A stretch of 64,000 nt of DNA from the NCBI GenBank assembly GCA_965227295.1, contig OZ245742.1, forward strand, positions 4,160,001 through 4,224,000, in the 5' to 3' direction. This DNA is from Leptonemataceae bacterium (lineage in GTDB: Bacteria > Spirochaetota > Leptospiria > Leptospirales > Leptonemataceae). Position 1 is the first letter of the stretch. Every line of letters starts with the position of its first letter. The notes beneath the pieces are model-generated. The model was not told where the DNA came from. It was given only the letters and a program-made list of their open reading frames with translations, and made no database searches. This document shows positions 1-9,679 of this stretch, in pieces. The position numbers were made by a program, and so were the translations under genes.

Positions 1-2
1 AC

Positions 3-191
3 CGCGACTTCCTGCCGTCCAGCTGGGACATGTATGTCATGACCATTCACGACTACGGCATCATGCTGGGCTCGTTTGGTTTGTTCTTTACGCTGTTCCT
101 GCTGTTCTGCCGCTTTCTGCCGACCATTGCCATGGCGGAAATCAAGACGGTCATGAAATCCAAGGACGCGGCCAAGGGTTACGGACACTGA
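3..191 (+). CDS. actC: Alternative complex III subunit ActC (NrfD/PsrC family), C-terminal fragment (5' partial)
   Basis: Frame from nt 3 reads [11 protein letters not shown]...[26 protein letters not shown]...GH*, the typical ActC C-terminus; directly upstream of actD. Confidence 0.85.
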   Translation, partial: RDFLPSSWDMYVMTIHDYGIMLGSFGLFFTLFLLFCRFLPTIAMAEIKTVMKSKDAAKGYGH

Positions 192-226
192 TTCGAACGG
201 CCATGCGCCAACGGAACTGAGATACT

Positions 227-1000
227 ATGAAAGAAAAACTGGATGCATTTCTGGCCGGCCTGGCCTCGAAAATCGATGCGGCCCTCACCGCACCGGGCCT
301 GGCGTTTTTCAATTTCGTCGAGTCCTTCTTCCAGTATACCTACCGGGAGACGGAAAAGGGCATTTACTGTCTGTTCGATACGCCGGAAAAGATGAGCAAG
401 GCCGCGAAGGCCACGCACGCCAGAGGCTACACGAACTTCGACTGCCTCACCCCGTTCCCGGTGCACGGCCTGGAGTTCGACATGGGCCTCACGCGCTCGA
501 AGATTCCGTACATCACGTTCTTCGCCGGCCTTACCGGCCTCGCGATTGCGTTCGGTTTGCAAACCATCGTGCACGAAAACATCATCGAACGGCCGGAGTT
601 CCTGGCCTTCCTCGACGGCTACCCGAACATCTGGTCCTACCCGCTGAACATCGGCGGCAAACCGACGTTCGCCTGGCCGGCCATGGTACCGATTCTCTTC
701 GAACTTACGGTCCTCATCGGCGGACACACGACGGTGGCCGGACTCATCCTGCTCGCGAAGATGTACAAACCCTTCCGCGGCGTCCTGCACCCGGACATCA
801 CGAACGACAAATTCGCGCTCTGGATTCCGGCGGACTCCGCCCACTACGACGAGGCCGGCGTGGCCGCGTTCATGAAGGAACTCGGCGCGGACAACATTAC
901 GAAGGTGGACGGCGAAAATCAAAGCGCGGTCTCCGCACCGGCCGTGAGCGGCGACGCTCCGGTTGCGGGTGATAGCGCCCCGGAAACCGGCAACGGCTAA
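227..1000 (+). CDS. actD: Alternative complex III subunit ActD (DUF3341)
   Basis: FDCLTPFPVHGL, YPLNIGGKP, PILFELTVL, TNDKFAL motifs; two TM helices; operon position. Confidence 0.85.
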   Translation: MKEKLDAFLAGLASKIDAALTAPGLAFFNFVESFFQYTYRETEKGIYCLFDTPEKMSKAAKATHARGYTNFDCLTPFPVHGLEFDMGLTRSKIPYITFFAGLTGLAIAFGLQTIVHENIIERPEFLAFLDGYPNIWSYPLNIGGKPTFAWPAMVPILFELTVLIGGHTTVAGLILLAKMYKPFRGVLHPDITNDKFALWIPADSAHYDEAGVAAFMKELGADNITKVDGENQSAVSAPAVSGDAPVAGDSAPETGNG

Positions 1001-1032
1001 TTTCTATTTAACGCAAACTTACGGCGAAACAC

Positions 1033-1662
1033 ATGAAGTTATCTAAACGATACAGCAACGTCCTTCGCACCGCGGGCATCGCGGCTGCCGTGCTCTTTCT
1101 CGCGAACTGCAACTACGGCGGGAGTCTTTCCGGAATCCACTGGTTCCTGGATATGCACGACGGCTACTCCGTGGAAAGCCAGGAAGAAGACTACACGAAC
1201 CTGGACGTCAGCAAGAACGGCGCCTGGACGCGCGGCATGGACAACAGCGAAATCTGGGGCGGCCCCGGTACGGTGGTTCGCATGCCGCCGGAAGGCACAA
1301 TCCCCCGTAACAAAGAACCGTATCCCTACGAGGCCACGGACTTCGCCGCCGCCGGGGCCGAACTGCGCAACCCGCTGCCGGCAACGAAGGCCATCCTCGC
1401 CCGGGGCCAGGACCAGTACAACGCCTACTGCGCGGTGTGCCACGGTTACACCGGAAACGGCGACGGCCCGGTCACCCCACGCTTTCCGGACGTACCGAGC
1501 CTGAATTCCGAAAAGATCAAGGCCTGGAAAGACGGTGAGATCTTTCACATCATTACGATGGGCCGCGCCCGGATGTATCCGTACGCGGCGCAGGTGGAAC
1601 CGAATGATCGTTGGGCGATCATCCGATACGTACGCCTGCTTCAGGCGAACAGCGAACAGTAA
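1033..1662 (+). CDS. actE: Alternative complex III mono-heme cytochrome c lipoprotein ActE
   Basis: Lipobox FLANC, RMPPEGTIPR, CAVCH heme motif, DGEIFHIITMG...MYPY, RWAII. Confidence 0.85.
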   Translation: MKLSKRYSNVLRTAGIAAAVLFLANCNYGGSLSGIHWFLDMHDGYSVESQEEDYTNLDVSKNGAWTRGMDNSEIWGGPGTVVRMPPEGTIPRNKEPYPYEATDFAAAGAELRNPLPATKAILARGQDQYNAYCAVCHGYTGNGDGPVTPRFPDVPSLNSEKIKAWKDGEIFHIITMGRARMYPYAAQVEPNDRWAIIRYVRLLQANSEQ

Positions 1663-1685
1663 ACACAGTAACATTTGGTGAAATC

Positions 1686-3062
1686 ATGGTAAGCCTTCCG
1701 GAAGAATCGAAACTCCAGTTCAAGATTCCGAAACAACTGCAAACGATCTGCCTCGCGCTGGTTGCGGTTGGTCTCGTACTCACGGTGATCCAGGCGGTGA
1801 TTGCGCTGCCCGGCGGTGACGCCCACCACGGCGGCGACCATCATGCCGAAGCGGCGGACCACGGCGACGCGGCGCATGCCGAAGACCACGCTGCTGACGA
1901 AAACGGTGATGCAGCGCATGGGGAAGATCACGCCGTGGCGGAAGAGCACGGCGAAGAGGATCACGGCGAACACCACGGCTACACGGCAAAGATGCGCTTC
2001 TTTTACTCGCTGCATCTGGCACTGTTGATCCTGATCCCGCTCAGCCTGTCGGGCGTCTACTTCTCGGCCTACAACCATCTCTCCGGTGCGGCCTGGAGCG
2101 TGACCGTCCGCCGCGTGGCGGAGAACTTCTTCTGGGGCCTGCCGGTGGCCTTCGTGTTGTTGTTGGTCATCCTCTTCCTGGGCATCGGCGACGTATTCCA
2201 TCACTGGGTCGGCAAGGCGGAATCCGACCACCTGATCGCCCACAAAGAACCGTATCTCAACGTCGGTTTCTTTACCGTTCGTAACATCATCATCTTCCTG
2301 GTATGGATGGTCTTCGGTTATCTGTTCTGGCGCTGGTCCACGAAACAGGACGAGGACGGTAAACTCGGCCGGACCAAAATGCTCGCGCGCCTGGGCGGCG
2401 GTTTCCTCGTCGTCTTCGGTCTCACATACTCGGTTTCGACCTGGGACCTGGCCATGAGCCTGTACCCGCACTGGTTCTCCACGCTGTGGGCGCTTTACAT
2501 TTTCGCGGGCCTGGCGCTCACGCTCTTCGCGACGCTCATTCTCTGGACTTACTTTCTTAAGAAAGCCGGCTACTACGGCGACACCTTCAACGAGAACCAC
2601 TTCCACGATCTCGGGAAGTTCATGTTCGGCCACACGATCTTCTGGGCCTACATGGCGGTCTCTCAGTACCTGCTCATCTGGTACGGACACATTCCCGAGG
2701 TCACGACCTACTATAAATACCGCACCACCGGCGGCTGGTACTACGTAACCTTCTTCCTGGTGATTGCGCGCTTTGCGATTCCGTTCTTCGCTCTGGTGCG
2801 TCGCGACGTGAAACGCAACTGGAACTACATGGCGGTCCTGTCCGCCTGGATCCTCTTCGGCCAGGTCCTGGATATGTACTGGATCGTCTACCCGACGCTG
2901 GACGGTCACGGAGCCTTCATCATGTTCAGCTGGCAGGAACTCGGCCCGCTGCTCATGGTAGCCGGCGCCTTCATCTACCTGGTGGCGTGGGGCCTGTCAC
3001 GGAACTCGTTGATTCCGAAAAAAGACCCGCGCCTGGAGGAATGTCTGCACTTTCACCAGTGA
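1686..3062 (+). CDS. actF: Alternative complex III subunit ActF (quinol:cytochrome c oxidoreductase membrane subunit) with His/acidic-rich loop
   Basis: AWSVTVRRVAE, KEPYLN, MSLYPHWFST, HFHDLGKFMF, SQYLLIWY, DPRLEECLHFH; start moved to ATG at 1686. Confidence 0.85.
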   Translation: MVSLPEESKLQFKIPKQLQTICLALVAVGLVLTVIQAVIALPGGDAHHGGDHHAEAADHGDAAHAEDHAADENGDAAHGEDHAVAEEHGEEDHGEHHGYTAKMRFFYSLHLALLILIPLSLSGVYFSAYNHLSGAAWSVTVRRVAENFFWGLPVAFVLLLVILFLGIGDVFHHWVGKAESDHLIAHKEPYLNVGFFTVRNIIIFLVWMVFGYLFWRWSTKQDEDGKLGRTKMLARLGGGFLVVFGLTYSVSTWDLAMSLYPHWFSTLWALYIFAGLALTLFATLILWTYFLKKAGYYGDTFNENHFHDLGKFMFGHTIFWAYMAVSQYLLIWYGHIPEVTTYYKYRTTGGWYYVTFFLVIARFAIPFFALVRRDVKRNWNYMAVLSAWILFGQVLDMYWIVYPTLDGHGAFIMFSWQELGPLLMVAGAFIYLVAWGLSRNSLIPKKDPRLEECLHFHQ

Positions 3063-3109
3063 GACGGCGCGCCGAATTGTATTCATCGAAACTCAAGCAG
3101 AGAAGCAGC

Positions 3110-4066
3110 ATGCAGAACATAAAACGAAATAGTCTGATGTTCCTGGTAACGGCCCTGGCCGCGACCGCCACGGTAGCCTGCGGCGGACCGGACGGCAGCA
3201 TCGAAGGCCATCATTCGCCGAACCCGCTGAAGGTGCCGGTCTACGAAAGCAACGCCACGGTCGTATACAAAGGCTCCATCTATTACGCCGAAGCCGGCTG
3301 TGCGAAGTGCCACGGCGTCGGCTTTGACGGCGCCGGTCCGGACGCGAGCGGCGTGCAGAGCGAAACCGGCCTCAGCGTGCCGGGTTTCCAGAGCGTTGAG
3401 ATCGCCCCGGAAAAAACGCCCCTGGCCTACTTCAAAGCCATTACCGTGGGCACCGAAAAGCTGCCGACACACTCGTACCAATCTTACACGGACCGTGGTC
3501 GCTGGGCCATGGCCCACTTTCTGTATTCACTGACCACGAAACCTTCGGGACCGAAAGCCGCGGCTCACGGAGCCCAACTGGCGAAAGACGAGCAGGCCGT
3601 GCATGCGGCCTACGCTTCGGACCGTCGTTGGGTCATGGGCTACAAACCCATCGGAGAACGTGACAAAGCACCGGAGCTGGGTTCGCTCATGAAACTCACG
3701 AGCGTCGAAGAAGAGTACGCCACGGTCAGTGTGGACGAAGCCCGCAAAGACCGTCGCGATGTCACGCATGCGGGCTACGAACTCTACGAAAACAACTGCG
3801 TCATGTGCCACGGCAAGTACGGCGAGGGCATGGCGTCGAGCAAACGCTTCGGCCTGTACCGCTGTGATGAGCGCGATCGGCAGTGCGGCGTGTTCCTTTC
3901 CACCCGGGACTTCGCCGACAGCACGGCCCTGCAGAGCGCGGGCGCCTTCTCCGAAGCTCACGCCGCGGCCAGTGACGCGGGGCAAAACCTGCGCTCATTT
4001 TCGCACTTCAGCACCGAAGAGTGGCAGGACCTTTACGACTATACACGCAAGCTGGCGGGCCGGTAA
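3110..4066 (+). CDS. Di-heme c-type cytochrome lipoprotein
   Basis: Lipoprotein-like signal (TVAC), CAKCH and CVMCH motifs; start moved to ATG at 3110. Confidence 0.75.
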   Translation: MQNIKRNSLMFLVTALAATATVACGGPDGSIEGHHSPNPLKVPVYESNATVVYKGSIYYAEAGCAKCHGVGFDGAGPDASGVQSETGLSVPGFQSVEIAPEKTPLAYFKAITVGTEKLPTHSYQSYTDRGRWAMAHFLYSLTTKPSGPKAAAHGAQLAKDEQAVHAAYASDRRWVMGYKPIGERDKAPELGSLMKLTSVEEEYATVSVDEARKDRRDVTHAGYELYENNCVMCHGKYGEGMASSKRFGLYRCDERDRQCGVFLSTRDFADSTALQSAGAFSEAHAAASDAGQNLRSFSHFSTEEWQDLYDYTRKLAGR

Positions 4067-4103
4067 GCGCTAATATGATTCGCCTGTACGTTAAGAGACA
4101 AGC

Positions 4104-5645
4104 ATGGAACTGATCAAAAATCTCATTAAACTCGTCGAAGACATTCACTTCACCGTGAAGGCCTATCTGCTCGCCGGCTTCCTCTGGTCCCTGGCGGCAC
4201 TCGCCCTGGGCCTCTTGAACCAGGTGCAGTTCTTCGTGATCCTGGGCATTCCGCCGGAGCTGGACTACGGTTACGTGCGCCCGCTCTACACGACGGCCCT
4301 CATTTACGGCGCCCTGCTCTCGTTCTTCTTCGGAGCGTCGTACTACATTCTCAAGAATGTGACGGGCTCCAATCCGCCCCTGGCCCTGGCCGCCTGGGCG
4401 GGATTCAAGCTGCACCAGATCGCGGTGCTCTTCGGCATCATTACGATCCTGGTCGGTTACAACAGCGGCCGGGAGTACGGCGAACTCAACTGGATCGCCG
4501 ACAACCTGCTGATCATCGCACTGGTTCTGTTTCTCGTAACGACGATCCAGGCGGTGATCGCCTCGGGTAAGAAAGATGCAACCGCCCTCGTGCCGATTTC
4601 TCTGGCCGTCGTCGCCGGCGCGGGCGGACTCATCTCGTATTTCTTCGCGAACTTCGGCCTGCCGAACAGCCCGCTGACCTCCGTGGGCATTTACCGCGGC
4701 ATGATGGATGCCACGCTCCAGGAAATGTTCCGGTACGGCGTCCTGGGATACTTCATCCTGTTTCCGTGCTTCGCGATGTTGAGTTACTTCGTTCCGTCCT
4801 ACTATAAAGTCCCGCTGTACAGCACCAGCGCCGTGCGCTTTCACACTTTCGCCATGATCATCCTGCTGCCCCTGGCCGGGGCTTCAGGCCTGGCATTTTC
4901 GGCGGCGCCCGGCCTCCAGGAAACCGTCGGCGTCTTTACGGCCCTCGCTCTGGGCTTCGCGATTCTCGCCGGCGCCTTCAACGTGCGCAACACACTGACC
5001 CGTTCCGGAAAGTACTTCCGTTCGGATGCGGTGGGCCTCACGTTGCGTTGGGGTCTCTTCTTCTTGATTGCTGTCGCCGTTCTGCGTATTTTTGCGACGC
5101 CGTTCTTCATGCAGGCCGCCGTAGGCTATACCGCATACAACGTAAAAGATCTCAGCCTGGACGTGGTGACCTACGCCCTGCCCATCGCCATCGGTGTGGC
5201 TTTCATCATCACCCAGAAGATCAGCAACCGCCGCCTGTCACCTTCCGCGGCCGGATGGTTCGTCTTCCTGTTCGTTCTTGGAGCAGCATTGCTCTGGATC
5301 GGCTCCGTCGCGGGCGGTCTGCTCCAGGGCGCAAGCCAGAGCGCTCTCGTGGACGGCGGCGTGCCCGGCGTAAAGGTTCCGGAAGTCACCGACTGGACCG
5401 CAGTCCTGGTTCCGGGCAGCCTCTATCAGGGCGAAGACTTCCTCGGGAAGTTCTTAATCAGCCTGCGCGGCCTGGCGTTCTTCGGCTACTTGCTGATCGT
5501 ACTCGCCGTGCTGATTGCGAGCCTGGCCTTCTTGCTGCATCATGTAGTCTCCGGACCGGAGTACAGCGAACCCGATCTGGAAGATAAGGAACGCGCGGCA
5601 GAAGAGGCCGCCGTTGCCGGAGCGTCCGGGCACGGCGCTCATTGA
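4104..5645 (+). CDS. cbb3-type oxidase subunit I (CcoN)-like polytopic membrane protein lacking canonical His ligands
   Basis: YGYVRPLYTT, REYGELNW, YRGMMDATLQ, YFVP...PLYS align to CcoN motifs; followed by ccoO- and ccoP-like genes; ligand histidines substituted. Confidence 0.75.
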   Translation: MELIKNLIKLVEDIHFTVKAYLLAGFLWSLAALALGLLNQVQFFVILGIPPELDYGYVRPLYTTALIYGALLSFFFGASYYILKNVTGSNPPLALAAWAGFKLHQIAVLFGIITILVGYNSGREYGELNWIADNLLIIALVLFLVTTIQAVIASGKKDATALVPISLAVVAGAGGLISYFFANFGLPNSPLTSVGIYRGMMDATLQEMFRYGVLGYFILFPCFAMLSYFVPSYYKVPLYSTSAVRFHTFAMIILLPLAGASGLAFSAAPGLQETVGVFTALALGFAILAGAFNVRNTLTRSGKYFRSDAVGLTLRWGLFFLIAVAVLRIFATPFFMQAAVGYTAYNVKDLSLDVVTYALPIAIGVAFIITQKISNRRLSPSAAGWFVFLFVLGAALLWIGSVAGGLLQGASQSALVDGGVPGVKVPEVTDWTAVLVPGSLYQGEDFLGKFLISLRGLAFFGYLLIVLAVLIASLAFLLHHVVSGPEYSEPDLEDKERAAEEAAVAGASGHGAH

Positions 5646-5681
5646 TCGGCACTAACTACTAACAGTAAACGACTGAATACT

Positions 5682-6374
5682 ATGAGCGAAAAACAAAATC
5701 CCATCGCAAGTTTCCTCGACGATCTCATGAGCGATCCGCTCAAGCTCGCCGGCGCAACGATCGTGCTCAGCCTGGGCATCGGTTTCGCGGCGCTGCACTT
5801 TCCGTACGAAAGCATGCCCGCCTACGGCAGTCGCCATCTCACCATGGAGAAGGCGATTGTCGTGAAAGGCCAGGAAGTCTACTATCAGGAAGGCTGCCAG
5901 TACTGTCACAGCCAGAACCTGCGTTCGCTGAACTGGGAGGTCGCCCGCTTCGCTCAATCCGGCGCGGAACAACCCTACGGTTACTTTCCGCTGCCGGAAA
6001 TGATGGAGTACAATTTCGAAATGCCCTCGCTGCGCGGCAGCAGCCGGCTCGGCCCGGATCTCTCTCGCGTTGCCGGCCGATTCGACGAGGCTCAGCTCAC
6101 TTCGCTTCTGAAAAGCACGAAGACGGACAGTCTGCGCAGCGGCCACCATCGCTACGGCCACCTCTTCCAGAGTGACGCCGGCATCAATCCGCTCTTCCTG
6201 TCCTGGCGCATTCGCATGATGATGGAATGGCGCGCGCCGCTTTCCGATGATTTTCAAAAGAGCGCGTTCGAACAGTTGAACGACAAAAGTCGCGGCGACG
6301 CCCTGGTGGCCTATCTCCTCAGCCTCGGGAAAAAACAATCCGACTTCGCCGGAAAATTCTACAATAACCAGTAA
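5682..6374 (+). CDS. ccoO: cbb3-type oxidase subunit II (CcoO)-like mono-heme cytochrome c
   Basis: N-terminal TM, GQEVYYQEGCQYCHSQNLR, GSSRLGPDLSRVAGR, DALVAYLLSLG. Confidence 0.75.
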   Translation: MSEKQNPIASFLDDLMSDPLKLAGATIVLSLGIGFAALHFPYESMPAYGSRHLTMEKAIVVKGQEVYYQEGCQYCHSQNLRSLNWEVARFAQSGAEQPYGYFPLPEMMEYNFEMPSLRGSSRLGPDLSRVAGRFDEAQLTSLLKSTKTDSLRSGHHRYGHLFQSDAGINPLFLSWRIRMMMEWRAPLSDDFQKSAFEQLNDKSRGDALVAYLLSLGKKQSDFAGKFYNNQ

Positions 6375-6391
6375 TTAATAAGAGTATTGAT

Positions 6392-6856
6392 ATGAGCAAT
6401 CCATCCCCCGCAGGTGTACCTAACTGGATTCTGTTTCTGTTCGTCGGATCGCTGATCGTCGGCGGCGCTTACGGTATCTTTAATCATGTGTTTCTCGGCC
6501 CCACGCCGATCAACGCTTACGTGATTCCCACCGTGGCGGAGGTTCCGCCGCGCACGCCCGAAAACATTCAGCTCGGTGAAGAGATTTACGGACGCGCCTG
6601 CGTCGCCTGCCACGGCCAGAACCTCGAAGGCCTGGTGGGCCCGTCGCTTGCGGACGCCGAATGGTGGCACCACCAGAACGAAACGGATATGGGCAAACTC
6701 ATCATGCGCGGCATCGGAGCCGGCCAGTCCGTCTCCGGTCAGATCATGCCCGCGAAGGGCGGCGCGGCGATCAGCGACGCCGACGTCTGGCGCGTGGTGT
6801 ACTTCCTGTCCGAAAAGAACGGAACGATCGAGAAAGATCAGAACGCCGGCGAGTAA
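6392..6856 (+). CDS. ccoP: Short cbb3-type oxidase subunit III (CcoP)-like mono-heme cytochrome c
   Basis: N-terminal PNWILFLF anchor, CVACH, GLVGPSLAD, MPAKG. Confidence 0.7.
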   Translation: MSNPSPAGVPNWILFLFVGSLIVGGAYGIFNHVFLGPTPINAYVIPTVAEVPPRTPENIQLGEEIYGRACVACHGQNLEGLVGPSLADAEWWHHQNETDMGKLIMRGIGAGQSVSGQIMPAKGGAAISDADVWRVVYFLSEKNGTIEKDQNAGE

Positions 6857-6883
6857 GCGGCGAGATTGCCGCAAAAAATCGGG

Positions 6884-6919
6884 GCGTTTTTACCGCAGAG
6901 GCGCGAAGTTCGCGGAGAG
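6884..6919. repeat. Short REP-like intergenic motif GCGTTTT(T)ACCGCAGAGGCGC, copy 1
   Basis: Near-identical motif recurs at 13289-13312; both lie just downstream of a stop codon. Confidence 0.5.
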
Positions 6920-7120
6920 TGGGCGTGGTGGGTGCGCTGCTTCTGCGGTCGCGTTGGGTAAGTTTGATCCAGCTTAAGTTTAGCACAAGGGTGTGACATT
7001 TTGCTGGACGGGCCGTGGTTTTTTTGATATGATTCGCCTGCCCCCGCAGCGCCGCCGCCTGCCGGGATAGTTTCTGTTCTCCCTCCTCCGAAGAAGAGTC
7101 CACCCACAGGGGGTGGGTGA

Positions 7121-7620
7121 GGTGTATTCTCCTCTTCAATTGGTTGGCACTATCAAGAACTGCAGGCAAAAAATGGGATACCTGTCCTCAAGCCCCATGG
7201 CTCTGTTAACTGGGTTTTCGACGACCAGGGCACTGTGATTGTGGATGATTCATCAGTTGCCCTGGGCTGTCATAATCGCCCCGACGCATCTTAAGTTGAT
7301 CGGATTACAGAATCAACACGCTGGGAATTCGCATGGTGTTCGATCAGAATAGGAGCGTAAAAGGAATATGGAGGCGCATGGAAGAGCACATGAAGGAATC
7401 ATCTGCGCTCGTATTTTGCGGCTACTGGTTCCCTGTGGCACACTTGTATTTCGTTTCAGTCCTGCGCACAGTCCTGACTACACACAAACCACGGATCATT
7501 CTGGTTAACCCAGATTCGCTACGAATTTCTGAGCGTCTCGAGGCACGGTTTTCTTTAGAACAAAATCAAATCTTGAAGCATTTCAATCTAAAGCAGTTTG
7601 TCCTCAACCAATTGCCCAGG
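7121..7620 (+). pseudogene. Frameshifted, 5'-truncated SIR2-like domain gene remnant
   Basis: Successive frames give GIPVLKPHGSVNW (from 7175), VIIAPTHLK, then LVFCGYWFP...IILVNPD, in the order seen in SIR2-like proteins; visibly lower GC. Confidence 0.6.
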
Positions 7621-7624
7621 TCAG

Positions 7625-9631
7625 TCAAACCACCTCCACCCCATCCACCCGAAACTGCAACCGACTGCGCCCCGCAAAGTAACTCATCTCCAGCGACCCG
7701 TACAAATCAAACCGCCCGCGCGCATCTTTCTCCAGCGCGTCCGCGATCAACTTGCCCTGCCGCCAGGCCACGCACTCCAGATACACCGGCCCGCCGGTTA
7801 TGCTGAACTTCGCGTGCAGGCCCTGCGTCATGTACTTCACTTTCTGTAAGACGGCGCCGGCCACGCGAAACACCGGCTCCGGGTTCCGCGGGCCGAACGG
7901 TTCCAACAGCTCCAGCTCGCGTAAGAGATCGTAGGACAACTGCGCCGGCCGTACTTCAAGATGGTACTCCCGCGAGACGTTGGCCGGGGGCGGGCTCTTA
8001 ACTTCCTGCGATTGCATCTTAACGAAACCGTCCAGCAATGCCGCCTCGAGTTTCGGGATATTGTCGTACTGGATCGAAAATCCCGCCGCCTCCGGGTGCC
8101 CGCCGAACTGAATGAACAACTCCGCCGCCGTCGACAGCAGATCGAGCACGTTCACCCCACCGAAGCTTCGGGCCGAACCGCGGGCATAGTCGCCGTCGGG
8201 ATTCACGTAGACGACCGGTCGCTCGTAACGTTCGGTGAGCCGCGTGGCCACGATACCGGAAACGCCTGGCTCCAGGTCTTTGTGATAACAGAACACCAGC
8301 GGCCGCTCCACCCGCGCCGGGTCTTCGGCAATGAGTCGCGCGACGACGCCTTCGTTGCGGGCCGTGCGTTTCTTGCGTTCTTCGTTGAGTTTTACGAGTT
8401 CCGTGGCCAGCTTGCTCGCCCGCTCGCCGCGCTCCGCCGTCAATAGATCCAGGGCGAGCCGGGTGTTGCCCATGCGGCCGGCGGCATTCAACGCGGGACC
8501 AATGCTCCAGCCGAGGTCCCGACTCACGATGCGATCCTCCGGCAATCCCAGCGCGCGAATCAACGCGGCGTAACCCGGAATGTACGGACGCCGGCCGTTG
8601 CGAAAGCCGGCCAGGCCGATGCCCAGGCGCACGAGCGCGCGGTTCTCGCCGACCAACGGGACCATGTCCGTCATGATGCCGACGGCCGCCAGGTCGGCAA
8701 TGCGGCCGACGAAGTCGAGCAAGCGCCGCCGGTTCAGGATGATGCGCGTGAGCAGCAGTTTGCCCGCCGCGTGCGGATCATCCATAAAGCGAGCGCGCTC
8801 CCCCGGCCGCGGACAATACGCCGCTTCGTCCTTGAGATTGCACCATTCCCACTGCGGAATCGCCGCCTGGCCCGCGGCAAGATCCGTGAAACGTCCCAGG
8901 AAACAACCGCAGCGATACGCGAGCACGGCCGTCTCATCTTCCTGTTCCGTAAGATAGTAGACCCGTTGCCATTCCCGCGTATGCGCCAGGGCGTAGCCCA
9001 GGAGCAGCTTAAAGACCAGGCCGACCGTGGCGATCTTGCCCTCGTGCTCCAGAGAACCGACGCTCTCCGGATCCCGCATGGGATTCACGAAGGCACAGCG
9101 CTCCGGATCCGGCACGCGGTCGTGCAACTGGTGGTGATCGAGAATGATGACGGCCTTGCCGCGCTTGACCAGGGTCTCCACCTCGGGACCGTGGGAAGAC
9201 CCCATGTCCAGCAGGATGACCACATCGGCCTGACCGTCGCGGATGTCTTCGAACAGCCGGCCGGAGAGACCGTAGTCGTCGCCTTCATCGGAGACGCGCA
9301 GGTCGAGCTTTGGAGGGTCGTGCATTTCTTTCAGGAAATTGCCGAGCAACGCCGTCGACGAAACGCCGTCCACATCGCGGTCGCCCAGTACCAGAATGGA
9401 CTGCCCGTCCTCGATGGCCCGGCCGAGCACGTCCACGGCCTCCTCCAGGCCGGGGATCAACAGCGGGGAATGGAAACCCGGCTCCGGGCTGAAAAAGTCC
9501 TCCGGGTCCTGGCGGGCGGCAGCGTAGTCCGGATGCCGGACGATCTCTCGCAACGTCGGCGGGACGTGTCGGGGAAAATCCGTTCCGGACGGCGGATCGA
9601 TGGAGGGGCTGGACGCCGTAGACAATGACAT
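7625..9631 (-). CDS. recJ: Single-stranded DNA exonuclease RecJ
   Basis: GDRDVDGVSS, LLDMG, LDHH, GPALNAAGRM, GSARS, FGGHPEAAG, LEPFGPRNPEP. Confidence 0.92.
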   Translation of the reverse strand: MSLSTASSPSIDPPSGTDFPRHVPPTLREIVRHPDYAAARQDPEDFFSPEPGFHSPLLIPGLEEAVDVLGRAIEDGQSILVLGDRDVDGVSSTALLGNFLKEMHDPPKLDLRVSDEGDDYGLSGRLFEDIRDGQADVVILLDMGSSHGPEVETLVKRGKAVIILDHHQLHDRVPDPERCAFVNPMRDPESVGSLEHEGKIATVGLVFKLLLGYALAHTREWQRVYYLTEQEDETAVLAYRCGCFLGRFTDLAAGQAAIPQWEWCNLKDEAAYCPRPGERARFMDDPHAAGKLLLTRIILNRRRLLDFVGRIADLAAVGIMTDMVPLVGENRALVRLGIGLAGFRNGRRPYIPGYAALIRALGLPEDRIVSRDLGWSIGPALNAAGRMGNTRLALDLLTAERGERASKLATELVKLNEERKKRTARNEGVVARLIAEDPARVERPLVFCYHKDLEPGVSGIVATRLTERYERPVVYVNPDGDYARGSARSFGGVNVLDLLSTAAELFIQFGGHPEAAGFSIQYDNIPKLEAALLDGFVKMQSQEVKSPPPANVSREYHLEVRPAQLSYDLLRELELLEPFGPRNPEPVFRVAGAVLQKVKYMTQGLHAKFSITGGPVYLECVAWRQGKLIADALEKDARGRFDLYGSLEMSYFAGRSRLQFRVDGVEVV

Positions 9632-9679
9632 GTCCCGATAATGACAGATTATGTCCGGTTTACAAGCACGAAACCATAT

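Noticed and set aside
6857..6878. Intrinsic terminator after the ccoP-like gene
   Set aside because: The short hairpin is followed by an A-run rather than a U-run on the coding strand
7333..7806. Complete 157-aa protein
   Set aside because: Its 3' part is antisense read-through into recJ; its 5' part is the tail of the SIR2-like remnant
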